Under the pieces are notes generated by a model that saw only the letters and a list, made by a program, of their open reading frames with translations, ran no database searches and was not told the DNA's origin. The position numbers and the translations under genes were made by a program. Below are positions 19,074-28,098 of a stretch of DNA of 64,000 nucleotides, one piece after another. The number at the start of each line of letters is the position of its first letter. The stretch's first letter is position 1. This stretch comes from Candidatus Poriferisodalis sp. (GTDB lineage: Bacteria > Actinomycetota > Acidimicrobiia > Acidimicrobiales > Poriferisodalaceae), in assembly GCF_965237655.1 (NCBI RefSeq), contig NZ_CBDEGB010000001.1, positions 756,033 through 820,032 on the forward strand, in the 5' to 3' direction.

Positions 19074-20106
19074 AGGTTGGTTTGCCGGCTGTCGGAATGG
19101 CCTGGATGTCCTGGATCACGTCGGGTGGCAGGTCGGCGCCGATGTCCATGGCGACGCTGGCGTTGACCTCGTCGACGAGCCCGTCGAAGTGCTTGGCGAT
19201 GGTGCCGGCGATCTCGTCGTGTCGTCCGACGGCGGCGAACAGCCGCACCACGTCGTCGTCGATGCAGCCGGCCATCTGTCCCCAGCCGTCGTTGCGCGAG
19301 AGATGGTTGAGCCGCTCGCCGAGCTCGCCCAGGTCGTGCTGTTCGAGCACTGGCCAGTACGCCCGGGTGCTGCCGTAGAAACCGATTCGGTAGCGAACCC
19401 ACTCGACCATCCGGTCCACGGTCTCGTCGTCGGGCCCGGTGCAGACGAACCCGCCGCCAGTCACCCAGAAGTCGCTGCGGCTGCGCCCGGCCCGGTCGAG
19501 TCCGGTCTGCAGCTGCGGCATGACGTGTTCCCGCAGGTAGTCCGGCGTGCAGAAGCCGTGCAGGCGCACCCCGTCACAGTGCTGCCCGGCGACTCGCAGC
19601 ATGGCCGGGCCGACCGCGGCGATCATGATCGGCGGCGGCGGTCCGTCCAGTGGCTCGGGCGTGAAGTTCGGCGTCATCAGCGAGAAGCGGTAGTGCTCGC
19701 CCTCGTAGTCGAGCCGTTCGCCCGTGGCCCACGTGTTCCAGATGGCCCGTATCGCTTGGACGTATTCGGCCATCCGTGGCGCCGGCGCCGACCACGGCAC
19801 GCTGAACCGCCGCTCGTTGTGCCCTTTGACTTGGCTGCCGATGCCGAGCACGAACCGCCCGCCCGAGGCCGCCTGCAGATCCCAGGCGGTCGAAGCGGTC
19901 ACCATGGGGCTGCGCGGAAAGCTGATGGCCACGCTGGTCGACAGCCGCACCCGCTCGCTGTGCACTGCAGCGATGCCAAGCGGGATGAACGGCTCATGCC
20001 GGTTTTCCATGGTGACGACGCAGTCGTACCCGTCGGCCTCGATCCGCCGCACCTCGTCGGGCACGGCTCGCAGGTTGTGCTGGGGCAATGTCGCGCTGAC
20101 GTGCAT
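19072..20106 (-). CDS. LLM-class (luciferase-like) F420-dependent oxidoreductase
   Basis: MHVSATLPQ...ADGYDCVVTMENRHEPF...GGRFVLGIGSQVKGHNERRF pattern. The tracked ORF extends to 20235 only because it reads through the tRNA gene. The ATG at 20104-20106 is codon 44. Confidence 0.8.
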   Translation of the reverse strand: MHVSATLPQHNLRAVPDEVRRIEADGYDCVVTMENRHEPFIPLGIAAVHSERVRLSTSVAISFPRSPMVTASTAWDLQAASGGRFVLGIGSQVKGHNERRFSVPWSAPAPRMAEYVQAIRAIWNTWATGERLDYEGEHYRFSLMTPNFTPEPLDGPPPPIMIAAVGPAMLRVAGQHCDGVRLHGFCTPDYLREHVMPQLQTGLDRAGRSRSDFWVTGGGFVCTGPDDETVDRMVEWVRYRIGFYGSTRAYWPVLEQHDLGELGERLNHLSRNDGWGQMAGCIDDDVVRLFAAVGRHDEIAGTIAKHFDGLVDEVNASVAMDIGADLPPDVIQDIQAIPTAGKPT

Positions 20107-20181
20107 GGCGCCCTCGGCAGGACTCGAACCTGCGACGCACGGTTTAGGAAACCGACGCTCTATCCCCTGAGCTACGAGGGC
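20106..20181 (-). tRNA. tRNA-Arg (anticodon CCT), CCA encoded
   Basis: Reverse complement GCCCTCGTAGCTCAGGGGATAGAGCGTCGGTTTCCTAAACCGTGCGTCGCAGGTTCGAGTCCTGCCGAGGGCGCCA folds as a cloverleaf. 7-bp acceptor stem, GCTC/GAGC D stem, loop TTCCTAA, and a GCAGG/CCTGC T stem with TTCGAGT. Confidence 0.9.
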
Positions 20182-20364
20182 AGGGGGGAGTGCGAAATCT
20201 AGTGCGCAATTCGGTGCGTAATTGTGATCTGGCACCTAAGCGGCGCTGTTTACATGGTTTGGTGCGACCTAGGGACGATGCTGATGGGTCTGTGGGCGTG
20301 CTGACCGTTCGGGGGCGTGTCGGGGTTGCCTGTCCTGGTACAGGGTGAGCATCGTGGGATCGTC

Positions 20365-22062
20365 TCAGGCAGCTAGGGGCAGCGGACCGTCTCGGGCGTG
20401 TTTCGTCGGCTGGTCGTCGGCTGGTTGAAGGTGAGCGAGGTAGCGCCCGAACCAATCTGAGACGTCGTTGCTGGTTCGTTTGGCGTGGTTGAGCAGTGCG
20501 GTGACGAGGTCGTGGTGCTGTGCGGCGAAGAGCTTGAAGTGGAGTCGGCGGCGTCCGAGTGTGTTGGCTCGCCGGTGAGGGAACATGTCCTTGGTGTGGT
20601 TGTTGGATGATTCGCTGTCTTCGCGCAGTCCGTATTTGTTGAGCATGACCGGGTCGTAGTCGGGGAAGACCCGCAGCGCTGAGGCGAGCCGCTGATGGGG
20701 TTTTGCTTCTCGTTCGGTGTCGCTGCTGTTGTGGCGGATCTCGGTGGTAGCGCCTTGGAGTTGTGGGGGCACGTGGTCTTGGCGGGGGATGTGCCAGTCA
20801 CGGTAGACGGCGTAGCGTCCGAGCCGTTTGCGCCAGCGTCGTCGTACTTGGCCGCCGAGTAGCGGGACGGCGAGGTCGTCGCCGTTGCCGTCGACGAGGT
20901 GGATGGTCGGGGCGCCGTCGATGGCGGTGACGGTCATGGTGGCGATGGTTTCGGTGCCGATGCGGAATTTGTGCGTGCCGAGGTTGCGCGCTGCGGGTCG
21001 CCCGTTGGCGGTCTTGGGCGTGTGGGAGATGCCGATGATCCCGGCGTCGAGCAGGTCGTCGTGCTCGGCTGAGCGCAATGCCATGTCGTAGACGAATCCC
21101 TTGGCGCCTTCTCGCAGAGCCGAATGACGGTCGAGCAGTCCGAGGATGCGGTCGACGGCGATGCGGGCGTCGCTCATCGGACCTGCTTGTGGGTCCTTGA
21201 CGTCGACGGTGAGGGTGATGCGCGTGTTGGGGTCCTCGCCTCGGATGTAGGTTCGTACTGCGAGATTGCCGGGCGCGTCGGCTCTGGTTCCGTCGTTGTT
21301 GAAGAATTCGGTTGCGTCGGGGTCACGGCGGATCTTGGCGCCGTGGTTGTGCGGGGTAGAGAACCAGCATCCGTCGCCGTAGATCAGCTGAGTCGTATGC
21401 GGGTTGGTGTGGGTGCCGTCGGCGGGGTCGAGCAGCCCGGTGTCGAGTGCTCCTTCGACGGCGTGGTCGCTGATGGCGAGTGCGATGTGTTCGAGCATGT
21501 CGTCGGTGAGGAATCGTTTGCAAAAGTTGTGGTACTTGGTGCGGTTCACGGGCTTGGCGGACAGCCGCCGCTCGGGACGGTCGGGCCATGCCTGTTCGAG
21601 CGCCTCTTGGGCTTCGTCCCACAGCGAGCGGACCAGGCCGGCGTGGGGGTCGGGGCCAATCTCGCGGTCTGCTGCGTTCATGCCCTCGCAGACGAGTTCC
21701 ATCTGGCGGTAGGCGAGCATGTCTGCTGCACTGTTGTCTCGCGGACGACCCCTGCGGCGGCCGGTTCGGGAACGGTCGAACTCGTCGACGGCCTGCTGTA
21801 TGAATTCGGCTTCGGCCCAGAACGGCTTGCTGCACAGCACAGCGAAGACGCGCTGCTTGCTGTTGAGAGTCAGGCGCGGCCCGGTGGCCTTGCGGGAATC
21901 GTCGCTGCTCGACCACGAATTGCCCGAGCCTCCGACCGGTCCGTCTCTTCGTTCGTCGGCAGCCGGCTCGGCGTACACCATCCGCAGGTCGCGCATCCGT
22001 TCGGGCTGCCCGTCGACGAACAGCCTGCGGCCCGCGGTGCGTCGTCGCCTGCGCTTAGCCAC
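20365..22062 (-). CDS. Putative DDE transposase (IS4-superfamily-like Y-x2-R-x3-E-x6-K signature)
   Basis: 565-aa ORF containing YGLREDSESSNNHTK, an exact YREK spacing, with candidate upstream Asp residues (GDGCWF, VYDMAL). Overlaps the upstream recombinase-like ORF by 8 nt. Confidence 0.45.
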   Translation of the reverse strand: MAKRRRRRTAGRRLFVDGQPERMRDLRMVYAEPAADERRDGPVGGSGNSWSSSDDSRKATGPRLTLNSKQRVFAVLCSKPFWAEAEFIQQAVDEFDRSRTGRRRGRPRDNSAADMLAYRQMELVCEGMNAADREIGPDPHAGLVRSLWDEAQEALEQAWPDRPERRLSAKPVNRTKYHNFCKRFLTDDMLEHIALAISDHAVEGALDTGLLDPADGTHTNPHTTQLIYGDGCWFSTPHNHGAKIRRDPDATEFFNNDGTRADAPGNLAVRTYIRGEDPNTRITLTVDVKDPQAGPMSDARIAVDRILGLLDRHSALREGAKGFVYDMALRSAEHDDLLDAGIIGISHTPKTANGRPAARNLGTHKFRIGTETIATMTVTAIDGAPTIHLVDGNGDDLAVPLLGGQVRRRWRKRLGRYAVYRDWHIPRQDHVPPQLQGATTEIRHNSSDTEREAKPHQRLASALRVFPDYDPVMLNKYGLREDSESSNNHTKDMFPHRRANTLGRRRLHFKLFAAQHHDLVTALLNHAKRTSNDVSDWFGRYLAHLQPADDQPTKHARDGPLPLAA

Positions 22063-23101
22063 CGCTCGCCTCTGCCGAGTGGGCGGCTGGGTCGAGACGC
22101 CAGCGCAGAGCAGCGGCGGTGCGATCCAGCGAGGTATTGCCCAAGAACGCCGCCGCGGCGAAGATCCCCTGCTGCTGCGCGATTCTCAGCGCCGTGGTGA
22201 GTCGAATGGAGCGGGCAGTGATCTCGGGTTCGCCGCCGAGCCCGGCGTCGACGACTACCTGGCGCAGCCGGACCGTCACCGAGTGAGTAGCGCGCTCGTG
22301 TGTCAGCGAGCCGCTCACGCACAGCCGGCCCCGTCGGTCTGTCGCTTCTGGGCGGTTCCGCAGGTGCTGTGTGATCGCTTCGCGGCCCCAGTCGTCGAGA
22401 GGGTTCGTGCGTGCAACCTTGCCGCCGAACCGCACCGTGCCGGCATCGACATTCACATCGCCCGTGGTCACGCGGGCGATGTCGCTGGAGGTGCCGCCGG
22501 CGAATGCCAGCGCCACAGCGGCAGATCTCGACGAGAACCACAGACCAAAGTCGGCGTGCTCGCGCACCAGCAGTGCCTCAGCGTCGCTCAGCGGACGTGA
22601 CGAGTACGTCGGCAGCACATCTCCAACCGGATCGCCGACGAGAGATGCCGCGTCTACATCGGCGCCGAGCATCTCCGCTGTCTCGAACATCGCCCTCGCC
22701 GCCCAGCGGCGAACCTTCGCTGTTCCCGCGGAAACTCTCCGATAGCGGCCCGATCGGTCCGGCCGAGCAGCCCAGCACCACTCCCAAACCAGCGCTGGGA
22801 AGACGTCTCGCCACGTCACGGCACCTCGAGCGATGAGGAACTTCAGGAGCCGCCCGACCTCCGCAGTGACTTTCTCTGCGGTCGCCGGCTTGGACCCATA
22901 ACGCGCCGCGAGCGCGTCCAGCAGCACCGGCGCCCACGCCTCGATGCGGTCGCCGCCGTTCACGACGAGGGCCCACGCCCCGAGTACGGCGCGCACAAGA
23001 GGCGGAAGCGCGACATGCTGCGGCCGGGTGCGTGTCCAGACCAGCGGCAACACCGGATCCACCACTTCCCCCATCGCGGTGGTGTTAGCTTGCATAAGCA
23101 C
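22055..23101 (-). CDS. Tyrosine-recombinase (phage-integrase) fold-like protein, catalytic residues apparently degenerate
   Basis: The layout resembles an integrase. Core-binding-like N-terminus, then ...ALAFAGGTSSDIARVTTGDV...GKVARTNPL...ITARSIRLTTA...FLGNTSLDRTAAAL. By eye the canonical R, HxxR and Y positions are replaced. Confidence 0.4.
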   Translation of the reverse strand: MLMQANTTAMGEVVDPVLPLVWTRTRPQHVALPPLVRAVLGAWALVVNGGDRIEAWAPVLLDALAARYGSKPATAEKVTAEVGRLLKFLIARGAVTWRDVFPALVWEWCWAARPDRSGRYRRVSAGTAKVRRWAARAMFETAEMLGADVDAASLVGDPVGDVLPTYSSRPLSDAEALLVREHADFGLWFSSRSAAVALAFAGGTSSDIARVTTGDVNVDAGTVRFGGKVARTNPLDDWGREAITQHLRNRPEATDRRGRLCVSGSLTHERATHSVTVRLRQVVVDAGLGGEPEITARSIRLTTALRIAQQQGIFAAAAFLGNTSLDRTAAALRWRLDPAAHSAEASGG

Positions 23102-23538
23102 CCCTCGAGGCAGTCACACGTCTTGCAGGGGTCAAACCACAGACGAGTCGGGGCGCTGTTTTGTCTTGTCGGACTTGGCGCCTTGACTCGTCGCGCTTGG
23201 CTCCGAGAACTAGGGAAGTCGACTCTCGTCACAAAGACGCGGATCCTCAGATCGGAATATCTCCCCGAGGACCCGTCAAGAGACCGCTGGATCCACAAAC
23301 GCCCAGGTGAGACCACACTTCGCGGCGTCACGAGCTCACCCATCGAGACGGCCTTGAAACACGACCCTGGTCGGGCCCGGTGCGCGCGAACGCGCGCCCG
23401 AGCATCTCGCGAAGGAAACAACGGCGGACTCGGGGGCGTCCGTCTGCATCCAAAGTACGTTCTTATATAGGAACATCGGGGGTGCTGTGTATCACACCGA
23501 GCGGAGATCGCGCTGAGCCGCAATTAGCGTGCTGACTG

Positions 23539-23847
23539 ATGCCGTCCCGCGGGCAACTCAACGCACACCCCAGCGACTACCTCGCCGCCGACGAACCTTG
23601 GCCGCGCGGTGGACTTGTCCCTGATGCACCGCCCGAAGCTCGCCTCGCGCTTGCCGTCGCAAGACGGCTGGAAGCACAAATCACTCGACGCGGGCTGAGC
23701 TTGCGTGAGGCCGAGCGTGCCACCGGCGCGTCAGTAAGCGCACTGTCCAACATCCTCCACGGGAACAGCTGGGGCGACCTGCCCACCATCGCCCGGATCG
23801 AGCGGGGACTCAATGTCGCCTTGTGGGGACATGAGCATCTTCGGTGA
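23539..23847 (+). CDS. XRE-family helix-turn-helix transcriptional regulator
   Basis: RRGLSLREAERATGASVSALSNILHGNSWGDLPTIARIERGL is a classic Cro/C1 HTH. Confidence 0.7.
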   Translation: MPSRGQLNAHPSDYLAADEPWPRGGLVPDAPPEARLALAVARRLEAQITRRGLSLREAERATGASVSALSNILHGNSWGDLPTIARIERGLNVALWGHEHLR

Positions 23848-24782
23848 TTGTGACTTTCGAAGCCAAGTGGGTGCGCCCATGGCTCGGCCGAACCTGGTCC
23901 GGCGGCCTCGGTTCGGTGGATCCACCCTTCTTGGTCTGGCACGTCTAATCTGACGCGTGGTGAGGGCTGTGGCTTAGCTTGTGAGGCGGTCTCAGTCGAT
24001 TTGAGCGTCCCCGGCTTGGGTAGGCCGGGGACGCTCCTTTGGGCCACCTGTGGAAATCCGCCTTTCGTCATAGGGCACGCGCGACCATGGGGTTACCGCC
24101 GAGAACCGGCGGCCCCGTCAGCTCACCGGCGGGTTCTACCCAACCGAGGGCCTGTTATGGCCGATCCCGAGCATCGAGTTCGCCGCTCTTGGCGCACCGG
24201 TCAATGCGATGACTGCCCAATCGGAGTCTTTGAGGAAAGTCATGGCGATTCGCACTAGCGAGAGTCCGGCGCCCACCCCGTCGCTTCGGGATCTGACCGG
24301 CCGAGTGCTGGCACATGTCGGAGACGCGACGATGGCACCTGAGTTCGCACGTCATGCGGACGGTGTCGTGCTACGCGACGGGAAGGGCTATAGCGAGGCT
24401 CGCTCGTGCCGGGGAACGTACCTTCTGATTGATCCAGAGATCTATGTGCGTGATAGAGACGGCAAGGGACCTGGAGAACTTGCACCCATTCGAGATTCCG
24501 AATTCATCGAACTGCAGCTGAAATCAGGTGTTTCCTGCCTGCTGGCACCGTCACGCATGAGAATGAGGCCGGACACGAGCACCGTCGACGAATTGCTCAC
24601 GGCCGGCGAGAAATTCGTCAAGACCGCACAGAGGGAGGCGCCGTCTTTGCCGGCGCTCGTCCCGGTAGTCATTCGCTCGAACGAACTTGAGGACAGACGC
24701 TGGGCCAGGTCAATCGAGGCGAGAGGCTTGAATCGCCCTGGGTTTGTTGGAGGCTCCTGATCTTGGAAACGAGGATGGAGTC

Positions 24783-25100
24783 ATGCCACATGAGATGTCG
24801 CCTGGGAAGCCGACGACGCGTCGGTACAGCGAGGCGGAAAAGGAACGGGCTGTGCGTGCGGTGCGTCAGCTGCGCAAGGAGCTGGGCACCGATCACGGGA
24901 CGGTGAAACGGGTCGCGGCCCAGTTGGGGATCGGGGTGGAGTCGCTGCGGTCGTGGGTGCACCAGGCCGAAGTCGATGCTGGGTTGAGGCCTGGTGCGAG
25001 CAGCGAGGACGCTGAGCGGATCAAGGCGCTGGAGGCCGAGAACCGGGAGCTGCGGCGGGCGAACGAGATCCTGCGCAAGGCGTCGGCTTCTTTCGCGTAA
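24783..25100 (+). CDS. IS3-family transposase OrfA (HTH / leucine-zipper part)
   Basis: RRYSEAEKERAVRAV...GTVKRVAAQLGIGVESLRSWV...LEAENRELRRANEILRKASASFA. Confidence 0.85.
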   Translation: MPHEMSPGKPTTRRYSEAEKERAVRAVRQLRKELGTDHGTVKRVAAQLGIGVESLRSWVHQAEVDAGLRPGASSEDAERIKALEAENRELRRANEILRKASASFA

Positions 25101-25121
25101 GGGGCTCGACCGCTCGCTGGG

Positions 25122-26042
25122 GTGACGGTGTCGTTCGTCGACGCTCATCGTGGCGAGCTCGGGGTCGAGCCCGTCTGCGCAGCGCTGCAGGTGGCCCCGA
25201 GCACGTACTACGCGGCCAAGCGCCGCCAACGCGAGCCGTCGGCGCGTGCGGTCTCGGACGCGGTGTGGATGGGGGTTCTGTTGGCGTTGTGGGTCGCGAA
25301 CCGCAAGGTCTACGGGGCGCGCAAGCTGTGGAAGGCCGCCCGGCGCGCGGGTCACGAGATCGGCCGGGACCAGGTCGCCCGGCTGATGCGTGAGCTGGGC
25401 GTACGCGGCGTCAGCCGGCGGCGCAAGATGTTCACCACCCGCCGCGATCTGGACGCTGTTCGGGCCCCGGACCTGGTCAACCGCGACTTCACCGCTGATC
25501 GGCCCGACGCGTTGTGGGTGACCGATCTCACCTATGTCGCGACCCGGGCAGCCATGGCCTATGTGTGCTTCATCGTGGACGCGTTCAGCCGCCGCATCGT
25601 GGGCTGGCGCGTCGCAGCCCACATGCGCACCGAGATGGTCCTCGACGCGCTCGAGATGGCCCGCCGCTCACGCGGCGGCCGGCGCTTGGTCGGGCTCGTG
25701 GCCCACTCCGACGCGGGGTCGCAATTCACGTCTCTGCGATTTACCGAACGCCTCGACGAGATCGGGGCCCGGCCCAGCATCGGCACCGTCGCCGACTCCT
25801 ATGACAACGCACTGGCCGAGACGACCAACGGGCTCTACAAGGCCGAATGCGCCTACGGACCCGACACACACGGCTGGGACGACATCGACCAGCTCGAACT
25901 CGCCACCCTGTCCTGGGTGCACTGGTTCAACGAGCAACGGCTCCACGGCCACTGCAACGACACCCCGCCCGCAGAATTCGAAGCAGCGTTCTACACTGCC
26001 CGACAGACCACCCCAACCGGGGCTGGAAAACCAAACCCCTGA
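25122..26042 (+). CDS. IS3-family transposase OrfB (DDE integrase core)
   Basis: LWVTDLTYV...HSDAGSQFTS...DNALAETTNGLYKAE DDE triad blocks. It is in the same frame as OrfA, after a single TAA. Confidence 0.85.
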   Translation: MTVSFVDAHRGELGVEPVCAALQVAPSTYYAAKRRQREPSARAVSDAVWMGVLLALWVANRKVYGARKLWKAARRAGHEIGRDQVARLMRELGVRGVSRRRKMFTTRRDLDAVRAPDLVNRDFTADRPDALWVTDLTYVATRAAMAYVCFIVDAFSRRIVGWRVAAHMRTEMVLDALEMARRSRGGRRLVGLVAHSDAGSQFTSLRFTERLDEIGARPSIGTVADSYDNALAETTNGLYKAECAYGPDTHGWDDIDQLELATLSWVHWFNEQRLHGHCNDTPPAEFEAAFYTARQTTPTGAGKPNP

Positions 26043-26564
26043 GTCTCCAACAAACCCAGGGCGATTCAGCTTGCCGATAGCGCCAGTGTTCGCCTCCTAT
26101 GAGCATCCGTTCTCGACACCGGCCTGCTTGGACGGCGTTCTTGAGGTCATCGAAGCGGCGCCGTTTGTGTTCGCGATGCGTGGAGATCTCGGTTTGGCTG
26201 GGCTGATGGCGCTTGGAGCCGATGCCGGGGCAGTGGGAACGAGTTCCACGGTTCGGAATCTCTGGCTTCCGCGTAAGAACTCAGGGTCAAATCGCTCCCG
26301 AACGATCCTCGTGCCCGCCGCTGCCAGCTGGGTGCCGTTGACGGATCTCGCAGAGGCTGTTTTGGAACCTCGTGCGGGTGAGCCGTTTCGTTGCGATTGC
26401 CCGGTGTGCGGCGATGGCGGCGATGTACGCGATCTGCTGTCGGTCGGAGCGGCCATCCAGCGAGAGCATTCCAACGCCGCTGCGATCGCTCTCGTGCGCC
26501 AGATTGCGGCGGCCAGCGATCCCGTAGCGAGATGGAGGGAAGTCTGCGAACGGGCGGCCGACAC

Positions 26565-27233
26565 CTATGCCCGCTTCGATACCGACGGAATCATGCCCGC
26601 CTCGCGTCCGCCGATGCTGGACGCTTGGCTGACATGGCTTGGCTGAGTGGTCTCGAGCCACTTCTCGAACGTTCTCTCGGCTATCACCCAACGCTGCCAG
26701 CTCGGGAACACGCGGCGGGCACCGGCAGTTCTGGCGATCCGGCATTCGCCGTCGTGTTGGACTGCCAATCCAACCTGTGGGTCAATCTCCTTGAGCACCC
26801 GCTTTGCGATTCGGCCCGAAGCGATCACGTACCGCGGCGCGTGCGACCCCAGCCACGTGATCCGACGGGCGTCGTCCCAGCACTCGGCGACCTTCGAGAT
26901 TCCAACCATCGCGACAGGCTGAACGGCCACACGGCTTACAGAGTCACCGTCGAATTCGACTGCGCCTCGGTCGACCAGGTCATCCATTGCCAAGAGCGTG
27001 GCGCCGTCGAGGCAATTCAGCGGAACATGAAGGCCCTCAGGCAGATCCATCAGTGCTCGGATGTGGTCGTGGTCGCACATGGCGCCGACGCTGTGTGATC
27101 TCCGACGCTCAATCTCGTGGTGGTTGGGCCGAACCCAGATGTCCACAACCTGGCCGGTGACATCGACGCCCTCGACACGCTCTCCGGCGAACAACTCACT
27201 AGTCATCGAACAGCCTTCGGAAGTCGCGCGCAC
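26565..27233 (-). CDS. Hypothetical protein
   Basis: 222-aa ORF with reasonable composition and no recognised motif. Its 3' end overlaps the convergent TGT-like gene by about 80 nt. Confidence 0.35.
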   Translation of the reverse strand: MRATSEGCSMTSELFAGERVEGVDVTGQVVDIWVRPNHHEIERRRSHSVGAMCDHDHIRALMDLPEGLHVPLNCLDGATLLAMDDLVDRGAVEFDGDSVSRVAVQPVAMVGISKVAECWDDARRITWLGSHAPRYVIASGRIAKRVLKEIDPQVGLAVQHDGECRIARTAGARRVFPSWQRWVIAERTFEKWLETTQPSHVSQASSIGGREAGMIPSVSKRA

Positions 27234-27329
27234 CGGCGCGACGCAAGCGCAGTCCGCATCAGATCAGCCTTGCGAGCGCACGAACGTCTCGCCGGCCCAG
27301 AGTGGAAACTGCTGCTCAACAATTGATGA

Positions 27330-27870
27330 TCAGTCATGTCGTTTTGTCCTTGCTTGCTCTGTACCGCGTCCGGCGACGCCTGACTTGCTTGGAGATCCTG
27401 GAGCGACGAGCGCACGCTTCCCAGAGACGAATCGGTCGCTGGGTGAGGCGACGATAGGCGCCACTGATCGGAGGCTGCCCGCAAGGCTGTCTGCGACCTC
27501 AGCAGGGGCCCCGACGGCGAAAGACAACGGCTCGGCGATAGTGACGCTGTGCCCGAGATTCGCCAGATCCTTGTCGGTGGGTAGGCCTTCGAATAACTCG
27601 CCGATCCTAGATGCCCAGGAAGCCCTCCCATTACGGTGGCACTGCCGACGGCGGTGGTGTCCGGGAAGGGCTCTTGCTGAGCGTCTATGCATTCTCGAGC
27701 CGATCGGTCAGCCCTTCGAATCGAATCGCACTCGCTGAGACACCCAGTGCACCGCACAGGAATGCGCCATCTGCTGGCAATTCGGTGAGACCAATGACCG
27801 TTGCTGCCTTGCCGCCCGCGCTCACAACTCCGGTGCATGTGCCAGCTGCGGCGAGCAGTTCCCGAAGCAT
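27330..27870 (-). pseudogene. Possible frameshifted hypothetical gene
   Basis: Two adjacent minus-strand ORFs (27685-27870 and 27330-27692) in different frames, both with protein-like composition (..IRFEGLTDRLE / ..ELFEGLPTDKDL). No motif recognised. Confidence 0.2.
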
Positions 27871-28098
27871 CAGCTAACGCCGCCGCTGCGAAACGCAGCT
27901 TTGCTCGTGGAGCTCGACTGGTCGCACGCTGTCGGCGGCCATGAGATCCTGCCCAGTGGCGGCCATGTAGCTGCCCGCTGGCGGCCGACGGTTCTGCCCA
28001 GCGGCGGCCAACAGAACTGCCCGCGTTGAAGTCCATTTCCCGTCGGGGTGCACCGCGGCGGGGTGCTCCTCCTACTCGAATAGCCGGTCACCACAACC

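Larger units (their letters stand above)
24729..26068 (+). mobile_element. IS3-family insertion sequence (1340 bp) with 24-bp perfect terminal inverted repeats and a 3-bp target duplication
   Basis: IRL TGAATCGCCCTGGGTTTGTTGGAG (24729-24752). IRR CTCCAACAAACCCAGGGCGATTCA (26045-26068). GCT lies at 24726-24728 and at 26069-26071. Confidence 0.9.
24209..26646 (+). pseudogene. Gene for a 364-aa protein with a TGT/DpdA-like CxCxxC...H zinc motif, interrupted by an IS3-family element
   Basis: The two halves are 24209-24728 and 26072-26646. Removing 24729-26071 (the IS plus one GCT copy) gives 1095 nt, one intact frame. CDCPVC lies at 26392-26409 and is followed 20 residues later by H. Confidence 0.45.

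Noticed and set aside
19072-20235. N-terminal 43-aa extension of the LLM oxidoreductase ORF
   Set aside because: The extension is simply the translation of the tRNA-Arg gene on the same strand (..AQGIERRFPKPCVAGSSPAEGA..). The family-like N-terminus starts at the Met at 20106.
20242-23161. 10-bp direct repeat GGCGCTGTTT at 20242-20251 and 23152-23161, bracketing the transposase/recombinase-like pair (possible att or target duplication)
   Set aside because: It is only 10 bp in GC-rich DNA, with no adjoining inverted repeats that I could find. It could be chance and is not enough to define element ends.
25534-26646. 370-aa ORF spanning the right part of the IS3 and the flanking DNA
   Set aside because: It is a chimera. 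The first 180 or so residues are an out-of-frame read of the transposase orfB, and only the part after the IS end (from 26072) is a real gene fragment, continuing 24209-24728.
27942-28030. Closely spaced 16-18-bp repeats (CTGCCCAGTGGCGGCC-like) that could be mistaken for a mini CRISPR array or operator cluster, mirrored at 30370-30454
   Set aside because: They occur in inverted orientation at both ends of an istA-istB unit. They are the multiple terminal transposase-binding repeats typical of IS21-family elements. No CRISPR array or cas genes were seen anywhere in the window.
27203-28036. 277-aa minus-strand ORF
   Set aside because: It has R/S/A-rich junk composition and crosses the IS21 left end. 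The more protein-like frames in this interval are the two short ORFs at 27330-27870.
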